This document shows, one piece after another, positions 27,728 through 35,951 of a DNA stretch of 64,000 nucleotides. This stretch comes from a plasmid. The notes beneath the pieces are model-generated. The model was not told the origin of the DNA, ran no database searches, and was given only the letters and a program-made list of their open reading frames with translations. The stretch lies in the sequence record NZ_CP023779.1. One strand, written 5' to 3'. How positions within the stretch are numbered: position 1 is the stretch's first letter; the number at the start of each line of letters is the position of its first letter. The position numbers and the translations under genes were made by a program.

Positions 27728-27994
27728 TCACGCGAGGATGGTTGCGGCTGGGCGGCCGTGCTGGTCGACGCCGAGGATCATCACCATGTCGGCGGCACTG
27801 ATTACGCCGTTCTCGAATCGGTTGATGTGGAACGGAATTCGCGACGAACCGATCGGTGCGTACGCCACGGCCTCGCGGGCGGCGGTGAGCACCTGGGCCA
27901 CCTCGACGGCCGGGATGGCGTTCTCGACGCTGACCGGGCAGTGGTAGCCCATCGCGGCGGCGGTGTCGGTGACGTCGATCAGAGCGAAGCTCAT
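27728..27994 (-). CDS. hypothetical small protein
   Basis: ATG (MSFALIDVTDTAAAMGYHCPV...) with AAAGGGA RBS. 88 aa. Confidence 0.5.
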   Translation of the reverse strand: MSFALIDVTDTAAAMGYHCPVSVENAIPAVEVAQVLTAAREAVAYAPIGSSRIPFHINRFENGVISAADMVMILGVDQHGRPAATILA

Positions 27995-28075
27995 CGAGTT
28001 TCCCTTTCGGTGTGGTTCCGGCGGTCTCTCCGTCGGTAACTTCATAGTACTATGATACCGTAGTACTATGCAAAC
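27995..28075. promoter_or_regulatory. second copy of the ~80-bp promoter/5'UTR module with paired operators
   Basis: CATAGTACTATG at 28043-28054. CGTAGTACTATG at 28059-28070. Confidence 0.6.
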
Positions 28076-28099
28076 TCGGTGATGTGATCTGATACACAT

Positions 28100-28450
28100 C
28101 TACCCAGGTCAGCGGCGGTTTCCTTCCTCCTCCAGGCTGCTATGGTGACCGGCTCGCAAACGGTCGATCCGCACCCGACCGCCGGCGGGGAAGCGGTCGC
28201 GTCGGGACACTTCTCGCGAGGCGGGGAATCCCGGTGCCTCCCGGGACAGAGGGCCGAAAACACAAGCGCGACCGTGGTTTACGTGGCAAGCCTTCCCGCT
28301 GAGGGAAGGCGCGGCAGCCGGGGAACGGGCGCGGGCGGATACCCGGCCCGCGGGTCCTATCGGCCAACCCGCGACCCGTGCGCGCGGCCGAGTGCACATC
28401 GCTGGATGCTCATATCGCAATAGCGGCGCGGCTGAGGCTGCTGCGGGACA
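28100..28450 (-). other. ORF-poor, hairpin-rich ~350 bp segment; candidate non-coding RNA or leader
   Basis: No ORF with an RBS. Multiple perfect stems (e.g. GCCTTCCC-gctga-GGGAAGGC). Preceded on the minus strand by the 17-bp element at 28455-28471. Confidence 0.2.
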
Positions 28451-28454
28451 TAGC

Positions 28455-28471
28455 ATCCATATGGATACTTT
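28455..28471. repeat. 17-bp element ATCCATATGGATACTTT (copy 1), with palindromic core TCCATATGGA
   Basis: Exact match to 29366-29382. Confidence 0.6.
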
Positions 28472-28519
28472 TCTGTACAGGCTAGGTCTTCGCTGGTGGT
28501 TCGGGGGATTGGGGCGAGA

Positions 28520-29371
28520 CTATTGCCTGCCCATGTCTCTGCGGGCGCGATGATGCTGGAGGTGGTGCGCCGCCGAGTGGTCGACGGCGGCGGCCACGAC
28601 GGCCTCGGCGGACCGGGCGGCCCATCGGTCGACGGCCATGCGGGCGAGGGTGCCCATGGGCAGGCGGCGGGGCACGGCCGCGGTGAGCTGTTGGGCGGCG
28701 AGTTGGCCGAGAGCGAAGAGGGCGCGCTCCTCGGCCTGGTAGCGGCCGGGGAATCGGCGGGCGGCCTCGGCGCGCACCTCGTCGACGATGGCACGGTGCG
28801 CTTCGTGGGCCTCGGTGAGCAGGGCCTCGGCGTGCTCGGCGTGCGGCTCCGGAAGATAGAACGAAACGTGTTGTGCACCGGGGAATTTGGTGCTTCGGCC
28901 GTCGCGCTGTTCGGATCGGATCCATGCGGCGTAGCGGGCCACCTCGAGGGCCTGGGGCGGCGCGGTGTCGAGCAGGTCGACCACGGCGGCCGCGACGCAA
29001 TCGGAGCTGGAGGCGGGCGGGCGACCGTCGCGGGTGAAGTAGGTGCGACGGCGGGGGCGGTGCAGCTCGCGGCGCCAGGCGTTGACCGTCCGGGCCTGCG
29101 TGGCGGTCAGCTTTCCCGTGGAGTAGTGCCGGGCCGAGCGGGTGTCGGCGGTGGCCGGATCGTCGCTGTCGCTGGGCCCTTCGCTGTTCGGGCTGTCGCC
29201 GGACTCCGGAGCGTCGGCAGGCCGCCAGCGCATCGCGTCCGGGCTCACCTGGTGGTCCTCGAGTGCGGTGTCGATGAGCTCGAGGATCCGATCGGTTTCG
29301 TCGGGCGTGTGCTGGTCGGGGCCGCCGTCATCGGGGCCCGCGGCGTCGGGCTCTCCGGAGACAGAATCCAT
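28520..29371 (-). CDS. hypothetical protein with acidic N-terminus
   Basis: 283 aa. Start codon sits inside the second copy of the 17-bp palindromic element. The antisense 299-aa ORF is Gly-rich noise. Confidence 0.55.
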   Translation of the reverse strand: MDSVSGEPDAAGPDDGGPDQHTPDETDRILELIDTALEDHQVSPDAMRWRPADAPESGDSPNSEGPSDSDDPATADTRSARHYSTGKLTATQARTVNAWRRELHRPRRRTYFTRDGRPPASSSDCVAAAVVDLLDTAPPQALEVARYAAWIRSEQRDGRSTKFPGAQHVSFYLPEPHAEHAEALLTEAHEAHRAIVDEVRAEAARRFPGRYQAEERALFALGQLAAQQLTAAVPRRLPMGTLARMAVDRWAARSAEAVVAAAVDHSAAHHLQHHRARRDMGRQ

Positions 29372-29382
29372 ATGGATACTTT
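29366..29382. repeat. 17-bp element ATCCATATGGATACTTT (copy 2), overlapping the start codon of 28520..29371
   Basis: Exact direct repeat of 28455-28471. Confidence 0.6.
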
Positions 29383-29430
29383 ACAGTGCCGGTGACCAGG
29401 GCCCGCGTGGGTGTGCAGGTCAGATGGGGG

Positions 29431-29745
29431 TTAGCGGCCGAGGATGCGATGGGCTCGTGCTTCGGCGGCGACCGCTGCGGCGTCGGGGCCGAGGACGTTG
29501 CTCGGCACGGTGCCGGGGCGCGCGGGGCGGGAGTCGTCGACGAACAGCACGCCGGTGAGGCCGTGGGCGGCGGCGCAGCGCTGGGCGGTGCGTATGTCGT
29601 CGTCGGTTCGGTCGGTGAGATTCATGGTTATCTGGGCGTCGCCGAGGGCGTGCCCGGCGGCGCCCAGCTGGTCGGCCAAGGTGGTGAGGCTCTGCTCGAT
29701 GTGGTCGGCGAATGGCCGGGCGGGGTCGATCGGCAGGAATCCCAT
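29431..29745 (-). pseudogene. truncated serine-recombinase (resolvase) catalytic-domain remnant
   Basis: 'DRTDDDIRTAQRCAAAHGLTGVLFVDDS...AAVAAEARAHRILG' aligns to resolvase 'DRLGRS...GVRFRSLTEGIDTS...ALAEFERELIRERT'. Lacks the N-terminal nucleophile region and the HTH. Confidence 0.35.
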
Positions 29746-29775
29746 GCGCAGCAGGCTAGACCATTGCGGTGCTGG

Positions 29776-30912
29776 TCACTGGTGGTCGGGGCACGTCAGG
29801 CCCGCGGCCGTGTCGCGCCACCCGTGGCGGGTCAGCCACAGGTGCACCAGTTCGGGGAGCTGACCGCCCGATGTGAGCGTGGCTGCCGCGAGCTCGCCGC
29901 CGAGGATGGGCCCGTTCGCGCACAGCGGGTGTTCGCATTCGACCGGGAATCGCTGCGCGGGTTGGCATCTCGCGCAATGGTGGGTCACGACCAGGCCGCC
30001 GGGGTTGTCGGGGGCGGTGTCGGGCTCGAGCCAGCTCCACGCGAGATCGTCGAGCATGAGGCGGGGGTCGTAGTCGCGGCCGGGGCGGGCCTGACAGCGC
30101 GGGCACGGCTCGAGGCGCTTGAACCGCTTGCGGCGGAAGGATTCTCGCCGGACGGGTGGCCGCGCGGGCGCGGTCCGCTCGGCGGTGGGGGCCTCGGCGG
30201 GCGGTGCGTCGATCACGGCGACGGCGGCCGGGGGCATCACCTCCGCCTCGGCGGTAGGCGACAGTGCGGGTCTGACGGGCTCCGGGTTGCCGGTGGCGGC
30301 CGGGCCCGCCGCGCCGTGGCGGGCGCGGGGCCGTTTTCCGACAGTGGATCGGTCCAGGTAGCCGTAGACGGTGGCGCGGCCGACGCGCAGGATCTTGGCG
30401 ATTTCGGCGACGGTGTGGCCGCCCTGGTCGTAGAGCTGCTGGGCGTGTGCCTTCTGCTCCGCGGCGAGTTTGGAGGGGCGGCCGCCGGTGCGGCCCTCGG
30501 CCCGGGCGGCGTCGAGCCCGGCCCGGGTGCCGCTGGCGATTCGGCCGCGCTGGAAAACGTCGAGCTTGGCGAACATGTCGAGCTGGGCGCGGCCCTCGGC
30601 GGTATCGGTGTCGATTCCGTCGTCGAGCACGCGCAGACCCATTCCGGCCTCGCGCAGCGCGGCACCGAGGGCGACCAGGGGGCGCAGCCCGGCGGCGAGC
30701 CGATGCAGCCCGGTGACGGTGAGGGTGTCGCCGGGGCCGGCTGCCGCGCGGATCCGCTCGAGGGCGGGCCGGGGTGCGCGTTCGGCGGCCCGTGCGCCGG
30801 TCGGCACGGTGTCGACGTGGATGTCCGCGGTGGCCACACCGGCGGCCCGGAGTGCCGCGATCTGGTCGTCCGGGGCCTCGTCGGCCGTCACGGAGACATA
30901 CCCGATCAACAT
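29776..30912 (-). CDS. serine recombinase (resolvase/invertase family) with C-terminal Cys-rich extension
   Basis: 'MLIGYVSVTADEA...' resolvase N-terminal domain. 'GGRPSKL...HTVAEIAKILRVGRATVYGYL' HTH. C-terminal 'CPRCQ...HHCARCQ...CEHPLC'. Confidence 0.8.
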   Translation of the reverse strand: MLIGYVSVTADEAPDDQIAALRAAGVATADIHVDTVPTGARAAERAPRPALERIRAAAGPGDTLTVTGLHRLAAGLRPLVALGAALREAGMGLRVLDDGIDTDTAEGRAQLDMFAKLDVFQRGRIASGTRAGLDAARAEGRTGGRPSKLAAEQKAHAQQLYDQGGHTVAEIAKILRVGRATVYGYLDRSTVGKRPRARHGAAGPAATGNPEPVRPALSPTAEAEVMPPAAVAVIDAPPAEAPTAERTAPARPPVRRESFRRKRFKRLEPCPRCQARPGRDYDPRLMLDDLAWSWLEPDTAPDNPGGLVVTHHCARCQPAQRFPVECEHPLCANGPILGGELAAATLTSGGQLPELVHLWLTRHGWRDTAAGLTCPDHQ

Positions 30913-31130
30913 GTGTCGATAATACCAGCTAGACCCTTTTCGAGACACTCAATGTCGATCAAATTAGCAGACTGATAGGTCTGGTTCTAGCCTCCGATAA
31001 ACGACCGTTATCGGCGGTGAGCACACCCTAAGTACGAAAAGTGTCAAACCTGGCCGTTGAGTGTCCGAAACCCGATCGTTTTCCGACACTGGCCGTTGAT
31101 CCGGCACACAGGAGACGGTGTGCGCCCGCG
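30913..31130. promoter_or_regulatory. candidate res/recombination site and promoter for the serine recombinase
   Basis: Lower GC. Multiple GTGTC/GACAC inverted motifs ('GTGTCGATAATACC...CGAGACAC', 'AGTGTCAAACC', 'GAGTGTCCGAAA', 'CCGACACTGG'). Direct repeat 'CTGGCCGTTGA' x2. Confidence 0.35.
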
Positions 31131-31138
31131 GCGGGGGC

Positions 31139-31369
31139 TCAGATGATCGGGTTGGCCCATGTTTCGGCGGCGGTGAGCAGGAAGGGGCCGATGTCGTCGC
31201 CGGTGGCTGTCTGCTGCTCACCGCTGGGGGCGATGAGCGAGGCCACCCATCCGGCGGGTTCGGTGTAGTGGAGCAGCAGGTCTACGCCCGGGGTGAGTTC
31301 GAGGCGGTCGGCGGCATCGCGCTCGGCGGTCGTGAGACCCAGCATCGTGTCCGGGGTGATGTCGGTCAT
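31139..31369 (-). CDS. small hypothetical protein
   Basis: 76-aa ORF. Weak RBS. Confidence 0.3.
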   Translation of the reverse strand: MTDITPDTMLGLTTAERDAADRLELTPGVDLLLHYTEPAGWVASLIAPSGEQQTATGDDIGPFLLTAAETWANPII

Positions 31370-31499
31370 CGAGTCGCTTCCGTTTGTCGTCGCTCTCGGC
31401 GGGCGCGTGGCCGGGCAGATCGGCCACCAGTCCACGGTAGACAGCCTCGGTAGCCGTGAGAAGCGGAATCGGGGGTGTCGGTGACGAGCGGTTGACACC

Positions 31500-31721
31500 C
31501 TACGCACGATGTCGTCCTCGATATCGGTCGCGGTCGGCATCCAGGGAAGCGCCCGCCCACAGCGGCAGTTCGTCGGGGTCGGCGAGCGGGTGACGACGCA
31601 GGCGCTCGATGAACTCCTCCACGGTGTAGCCCGCAGCGGTGATCTGGGCCAGTAGCCGCACGGCGGGTTCGGCGAACGCCACCGGCCCATCATCCTCCGT
31701 CGCCGGGATGCCGATCATCAC
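31500..31721 (-). CDS. small hypothetical protein
   Basis: 73-aa ORF just upstream of the previous gene. Confidence 0.3.
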   Translation of the reverse strand: MMIGIPATEDDGPVAFAEPAVRLLAQITAAGYTVEEFIERLRRHPLADPDELPLWAGASLDADRDRYRGRHRA

Positions 31722-31738
31722 CCACCCCGGATGCAGTT

Positions 31739-32245
31739 TCAGTCACACAGCCGGGCGAGTTCGTCGTTGACCGCCGCCATGTCGAAGGCGGCCGGGTCGA
31801 AGCGGCCGGTACCGAGTTGGTCGCGGACTTCGTGGTAGCGCCAACCTTTTCGGGCACGGAGCGCTTTGAGCATGTCGTAGTAGCCGTGCGGGCCGCCGCT
31901 GTCCTCCGGTGGGCAGGCCCGCCGCCCCGCTGTGCACGTCGGGTACGAAGATCGGCGCGGGGCGGTGAAAATCTTCTCGACCTCGACGATGTGTTCCCAG
32001 TTGTCGCCGAAATCGTAGGTGTAACAGAGCATCTGACCAACCGAGAGCGTCGACACCGGCTGTTGCTCGGCCAGCGCACCGCCGTAGCGCCCCTCGAAGC
32101 GATACAGGTGGTAGTTCTCCCAACCCATCGCAATCTGAATCACCGCGTGCAGACGTGCAAGGGTGTCCGTCGACCGCACTTGCACCCTCCGCCACACGGT
32201 CGGTTCCACACCCACCAAGCTGATCTTCAACTGATGTACCGTCAC
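31739..32245 (-). CDS. plasmid pRiA4b ORF-3-like family protein (PRiA4_ORF3)
   Basis: 'HQLKISLVGVEPTVWRRVQV...LHAVIQIAMGWENYHLYRF...YTYDFGDNWEH' recalled as the family signature (not verified). Confidence 0.65.
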   Translation of the reverse strand: MTVHQLKISLVGVEPTVWRRVQVRSTDTLARLHAVIQIAMGWENYHLYRFEGRYGGALAEQQPVSTLSVGQMLCYTYDFGDNWEHIVEVEKIFTAPRRSSYPTCTAGRRACPPEDSGGPHGYYDMLKALRARKGWRYHEVRDQLGTGRFDPAAFDMAAVNDELARLCD

Positions 32246-32383
32246 GGCCTTGGACCGTAGACGGCCTCGACGGCGGCGTGTGGGTGAATTCGCCTGGGGG
32301 CGTCCGGAATTCGCCCCTCATCTAAGAGAGCAAAACCGGACACTTGTGCAGGTGAGGCGGCTGCGGAGCCTGGCCACCCGGAG

Positions 32384-32881
32384 CTAGGCACGGCCGTCGA
32401 GCGCTGGCGGGGCGGTGAGCTCGACTGCGGCGCGTACCCAGCTGGCGCGGCCTTCGGCGATCATGTCCAGGAAGGCGGCCGGTGCCGATGCCGCCGCACC
32501 GGTGATGACGACGATGCCGCGGCCGTGCTGCTGGTTCTCGGCTACTTGGCCGATCCATGCGGCGTTGACCGGCGGCAGGCTGCCGTCGTAGACCTCGCCC
32601 ATGACACCCGGGCCGGTAATGCGTACTCCGGCCGTCGTGTCGATCGACACCACCCAGTCCGGCACCGGCCCGCCGACGAACGGCAGATTGGTCAACGGCC
32701 GGGCGCCGTGGGCGCGAATGGCGGCCTCGAACGCATCCGCGGCGACGAGCGCTCCGTCTTCGTTGATCTGGGTCACGGTGAAGCGCGGGAGCAGGATCAG
32801 CACGGGCTCGTCGGCAATTGTCGCGGCGAACAGGTCGGCCTCGTCGATGTCCGGCGGTGGGTGGCCGCCCGGGCCGATCAT
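32384..32881 (-). CDS. hypothetical protein
   Basis: Long ORF. Start uncertain (no clear RBS). Confidence 0.35.
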   Translation of the reverse strand: MIGPGGHPPPDIDEADLFAATIADEPVLILLPRFTVTQINEDGALVAADAFEAAIRAHGARPLTNLPFVGGPVPDWVVSIDTTAGVRITGPGVMGEVYDGSLPPVNAAWIGQVAENQQHGRGIVVITGAAASAPAAFLDMIAEGRASWVRAAVELTAPPALDGRA

Positions 32882-32992
32882 GTACTCAGGAGTCGACACC
32901 TGTCCAAAGTAGTTCGCGGACCGGTGGATTGGGGCTCGAGATTGTCGCCGATCGACGCTACTGTGGTGGGTGACCTGCACGGATGGGGGCCC

Positions 32993-33242
32993 GATGGGGA
33001 GGGACATCGTGGAATTCGCGGATTGGGTTCGGCTTGCGGGCCGACGGCTGCCGCTGGCTGAGGTGCGTGCCGATCCGGATCGGCATGTGCGGCTGCTGGC
33101 GGCCGCCCGGTCGGGTAAGAACGCCGAATGCCTGTGCGCCGCAACGCCGTTGCGGCTGGTGACGCGGTGTACGCAGAACGGCCGTCATCATCTGGCGTGC
33201 TGGCCGGGTGTTCTATCGCCAGTTAGATCTGTTGCGGCTTAA
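32993..33242 (+). CDS. small hypothetical protein
   Basis: ORF divergent from the neighbour. Weak evidence. Confidence 0.2.
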
Positions 33243-33399
33243 CCTGATTGGGCTCAACTTCTCGCAGGTCAAGATCATGCCGTGTTGGTGGTGGGTTTGC
33301 AACAGTATCCGAGTGTGTCTGGAGACTGTTGCAGGTATGGGAAGCGGATCGGCCGGAGCCGATTTCGCGGCGCGGTGACGATCGGACCGGCTTCTCGGC

Positions 33400-33828
33400 T
33401 CAGCAGGGACCGATGGTTTTGGCTCCAGCGCGGCGGCGTCGTCTGGTGTCAATGTCGGCGACGCGGGCCTTGCCGGTGGCCGCGTCCTTCTCCAAGGTTA
33501 GTAGGTTGATCACCGAGGCGTAGAGCTTCACCTGCTCTTCCAGCTCGGCGCAGTGCACCAGCAGTTCGGCGTGTTTTTCCTTCAGCTTGTCGTAGTCGCT
33601 GGGCTCGGCCGCGGCTGCGTCGGCCTGGGCGGCTTTGGCGCGGGCTTGGAACTGTTCTTTGAGGTCGGTGTGCTGGTGGGTGAGTCTCCAGCGTTCGAGA
33701 CCTGCTTCGACCGCGAGTTGGGAAACGCTGAGCCGGCCGGTGGAACGCAGCGGCGTGCCGTCGAGCAGCCGGTCCATCGCGGCCAAGAGTTTCTTGCGGA
33801 TGGGGTCGGTCTCGGTCGTGGTGGTCAC
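33400..33828 (-). CDS. small coiled-coil protein coupled to the recombinase trio
   Basis: GTG start overlapping the upstream stop (GTGA). 142 aa. Confidence 0.5.
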   Translation of the reverse strand: MTTTTETDPIRKKLLAAMDRLLDGTPLRSTGRLSVSQLAVEAGLERWRLTHQHTDLKEQFQARAKAAQADAAAAEPSDYDKLKEKHAELLVHCAELEEQVKLYASVINLLTLEKDAATGKARVADIDTRRRRRAGAKTIGPC

Positions 33829-35951
33829 CGGTGGTTCTCCAGGATCGTGTCGAGGCGGTCGAGTTCGTTCTGTTCGCGCTGGTGGCGGATCGGTGGGGCG
33901 AGTGGGTCGCTGATGATTTCGGCGAGTTCGTCTCGGCGCGTGCGGATTTCGGTGATGTCGCGATCGGTGCGGGCAATGTTGGGGCATCGGGGGCGGCAGT
34001 CGCTGATGTCGGGGGTGGTCAGGGGGTCGTCGGCGCTGCCACGGAGTTGGCAGGCGGCCTTGGTGGCGTCGAACACGCAGGTCATGCCTTTGCCGTGGAA
34101 GATCTGGAGCAGCGGGTTGCCGAGCAGGTCGCGGGCGTGCTTGCCGGTGGTGAGCACGTGCCCGGCGAACTGCTTGTGGGCGGCGGATATCCGCAGCCGG
34201 TAGTTGTCGGCGGCGGGTCCGCTGACACGCTCGCCGGTTTGCAATGCTCGGTGGTCCTCGGCGAGTTCGTCGATGCGGGCCAGGAAATCTTCGAAGGCGT
34301 AGTCGTCGGGGAATCCGGAGGCGAGATCACCCGCGTATCCCTGGAAAATGCGGGTTTCGACATGCGAATACTGCAATGCGCCGGCCACCACGCCGCGCGG
34401 CCGCCGCCGCAGAAACCATGCGAGTGTGCGCCGGAACCGGGACATGCTGATGGATCCATGAGGATCGTCCGGGACGCCGGAGATCCCGCGTTCGAGGCTG
34501 TAAGCGTTGACCCAGTCGATGAATGCGGTCAGGTCGACCGCTGCCTGGACCGACGTGCGCGCCTGGCCGACGCGGGTGATGACGCTATATCGCTGATGGT
34601 CGAACTGGGTCGGAAACAGAACTTCGTGGTCGTGCATGCGCTCGAGGACTGCGACGGCCCGGGCGACCGGTTCAACGACCACCCAGGGATCGCGTCGCAG
34701 AGCACCTGCGGGAATCTTATTGCCGTCGTCCCCGACGGCGTTTTTGAAGTAGAGCCCGGACATGAGCCAGAGACCGGTGGCGCTGTCGTAGTCGATGCAG
34801 CCGCGGCGGAGATTGAGCACTTCACCGACGCGAGCGCCGGAAAGATACGCGATGATCACAGAACAGGCGGTGCTCAGATGCCGTGCCAGGACCAGTGATT
34901 CGGTGTAGGTGAGCGTCCGGTCGCGCCAAAGACGACCGTCGAGCCGGGCGGTGATGGGCGCCTCCAGATAGGCATCGTCAGCGATCGGAATGCCGGACTC
35001 GAGCAGGAATTTGGCCAGTCCCTTGCGCCTTCGCAGGCCCTGATAGGCGCATTCGAAGATCCGTCCGAGATGCGTCCAGTGGAGCCCTATGGTGCCGTCG
35101 GGCTCTTTCCTGCCCGGCAGCATGCCGCCGGTGCCGCGCAGCCGGTCGACGTATTCGGCGGCGAGCCGGTCGACTTGGCCCCGCGGTGAGCGGACGAGCC
35201 CGGCATCTCGGCGCGGCCGTAGATCTCTGCCCCGCAGGAACATTCGTTCCGCGTGAGCGGCGAGGATGTCCTCGGAGAGGTCTTCGACGAACCGCAGTGA
35301 CCACAACAGCAGCGATTGCATCGTGTTCTCGGTGATGCGAGGGGTGAGGTTGTGCCGGTCGCTGACCGACTTTCCGAACAATTCGGCGGCGCGGTCACCG
35401 CCCCAGGGCATCGGCGGCGGCAGCCGCATGGCTTCGGGGACCGTGCTGCGATACGACCACAAGCGCCGGATATCGGTGATCTGCCGGAACTTCCAGCGGA
35501 CCGGCATGTCGGCGCCGGCGATCTCGATCAGGTAGTCGTCGAGCAATTCGGCGGTGACCTGCCGCAGCTCCGTGATGTGGTGTTCGTGCAGCCAGATCGT
35601 GAATGCGAGCAGCCGCGACCATGCGGTTTTGATGGTGCGAATCGAATATCGGCTGACGGTCGCCCGGTTCATCGGCACCGGGCAGTCGGTGTTGATCATC
35701 TGCCAGATCAGGTGTTTCATCGTCAGCCGCAGCGGGGCGGGGACCATAGCGAAGTTGATGCTGATCGCTTGGGCGTCGGCTTCGAACACCGCCTCGTTGA
35801 GATGCCACCGGTCCTCGCCGAACCGGGACAACGCAGCGGGGTCGGTGCCCGGGACCAGTTCCCTGTCGAACAGCACCAGGGTGTCGTTGTGCGGCAACGG
35901 ATTTTCGATTGCCGGATCGGTGTGAGTGACGTTGTAGGCAAGGTGTGTCAT
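33825..35951 (-). CDS. tyrosine recombinase (third of trio, RitC-like)
   Basis: 'ARVGEVLNLRRGCI' (box I Arg), 'RFRRTLAWFL' (H/R-x-x-R), 'GALQYSHVE' (catalytic Tyr region). 708 aa. Confidence 0.65.
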   Translation of the reverse strand: MTHLAYNVTHTDPAIENPLPHNDTLVLFDRELVPGTDPAALSRFGEDRWHLNEAVFEADAQAISINFAMVPAPLRLTMKHLIWQMINTDCPVPMNRATVSRYSIRTIKTAWSRLLAFTIWLHEHHITELRQVTAELLDDYLIEIAGADMPVRWKFRQITDIRRLWSYRSTVPEAMRLPPPMPWGGDRAAELFGKSVSDRHNLTPRITENTMQSLLLWSLRFVEDLSEDILAAHAERMFLRGRDLRPRRDAGLVRSPRGQVDRLAAEYVDRLRGTGGMLPGRKEPDGTIGLHWTHLGRIFECAYQGLRRRKGLAKFLLESGIPIADDAYLEAPITARLDGRLWRDRTLTYTESLVLARHLSTACSVIIAYLSGARVGEVLNLRRGCIDYDSATGLWLMSGLYFKNAVGDDGNKIPAGALRRDPWVVVEPVARAVAVLERMHDHEVLFPTQFDHQRYSVITRVGQARTSVQAAVDLTAFIDWVNAYSLERGISGVPDDPHGSISMSRFRRTLAWFLRRRPRGVVAGALQYSHVETRIFQGYAGDLASGFPDDYAFEDFLARIDELAEDHRALQTGERVSGPAADNYRLRISAAHKQFAGHVLTTGKHARDLLGNPLLQIFHGKGMTCVFDATKAACQLRGSADDPLTTPDISDCRPRCPNIARTDRDITEIRTRRDELAEIISDPLAPPIRHQREQNELDRLDTILENHR

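Noticed and set aside
28496-29395. 299-aa plus-strand ORF antisense to 28520..29371
   Set aside because: Gly-rich antisense translation. The minus-strand gene has a coherent composition and its start is embedded in the palindromic 17-mer.
29386-30975. 529-aa plus-strand ORF
   Set aside because: Antisense to the serine recombinase and its remnant. Low-complexity Gly/Ala/Arg content.
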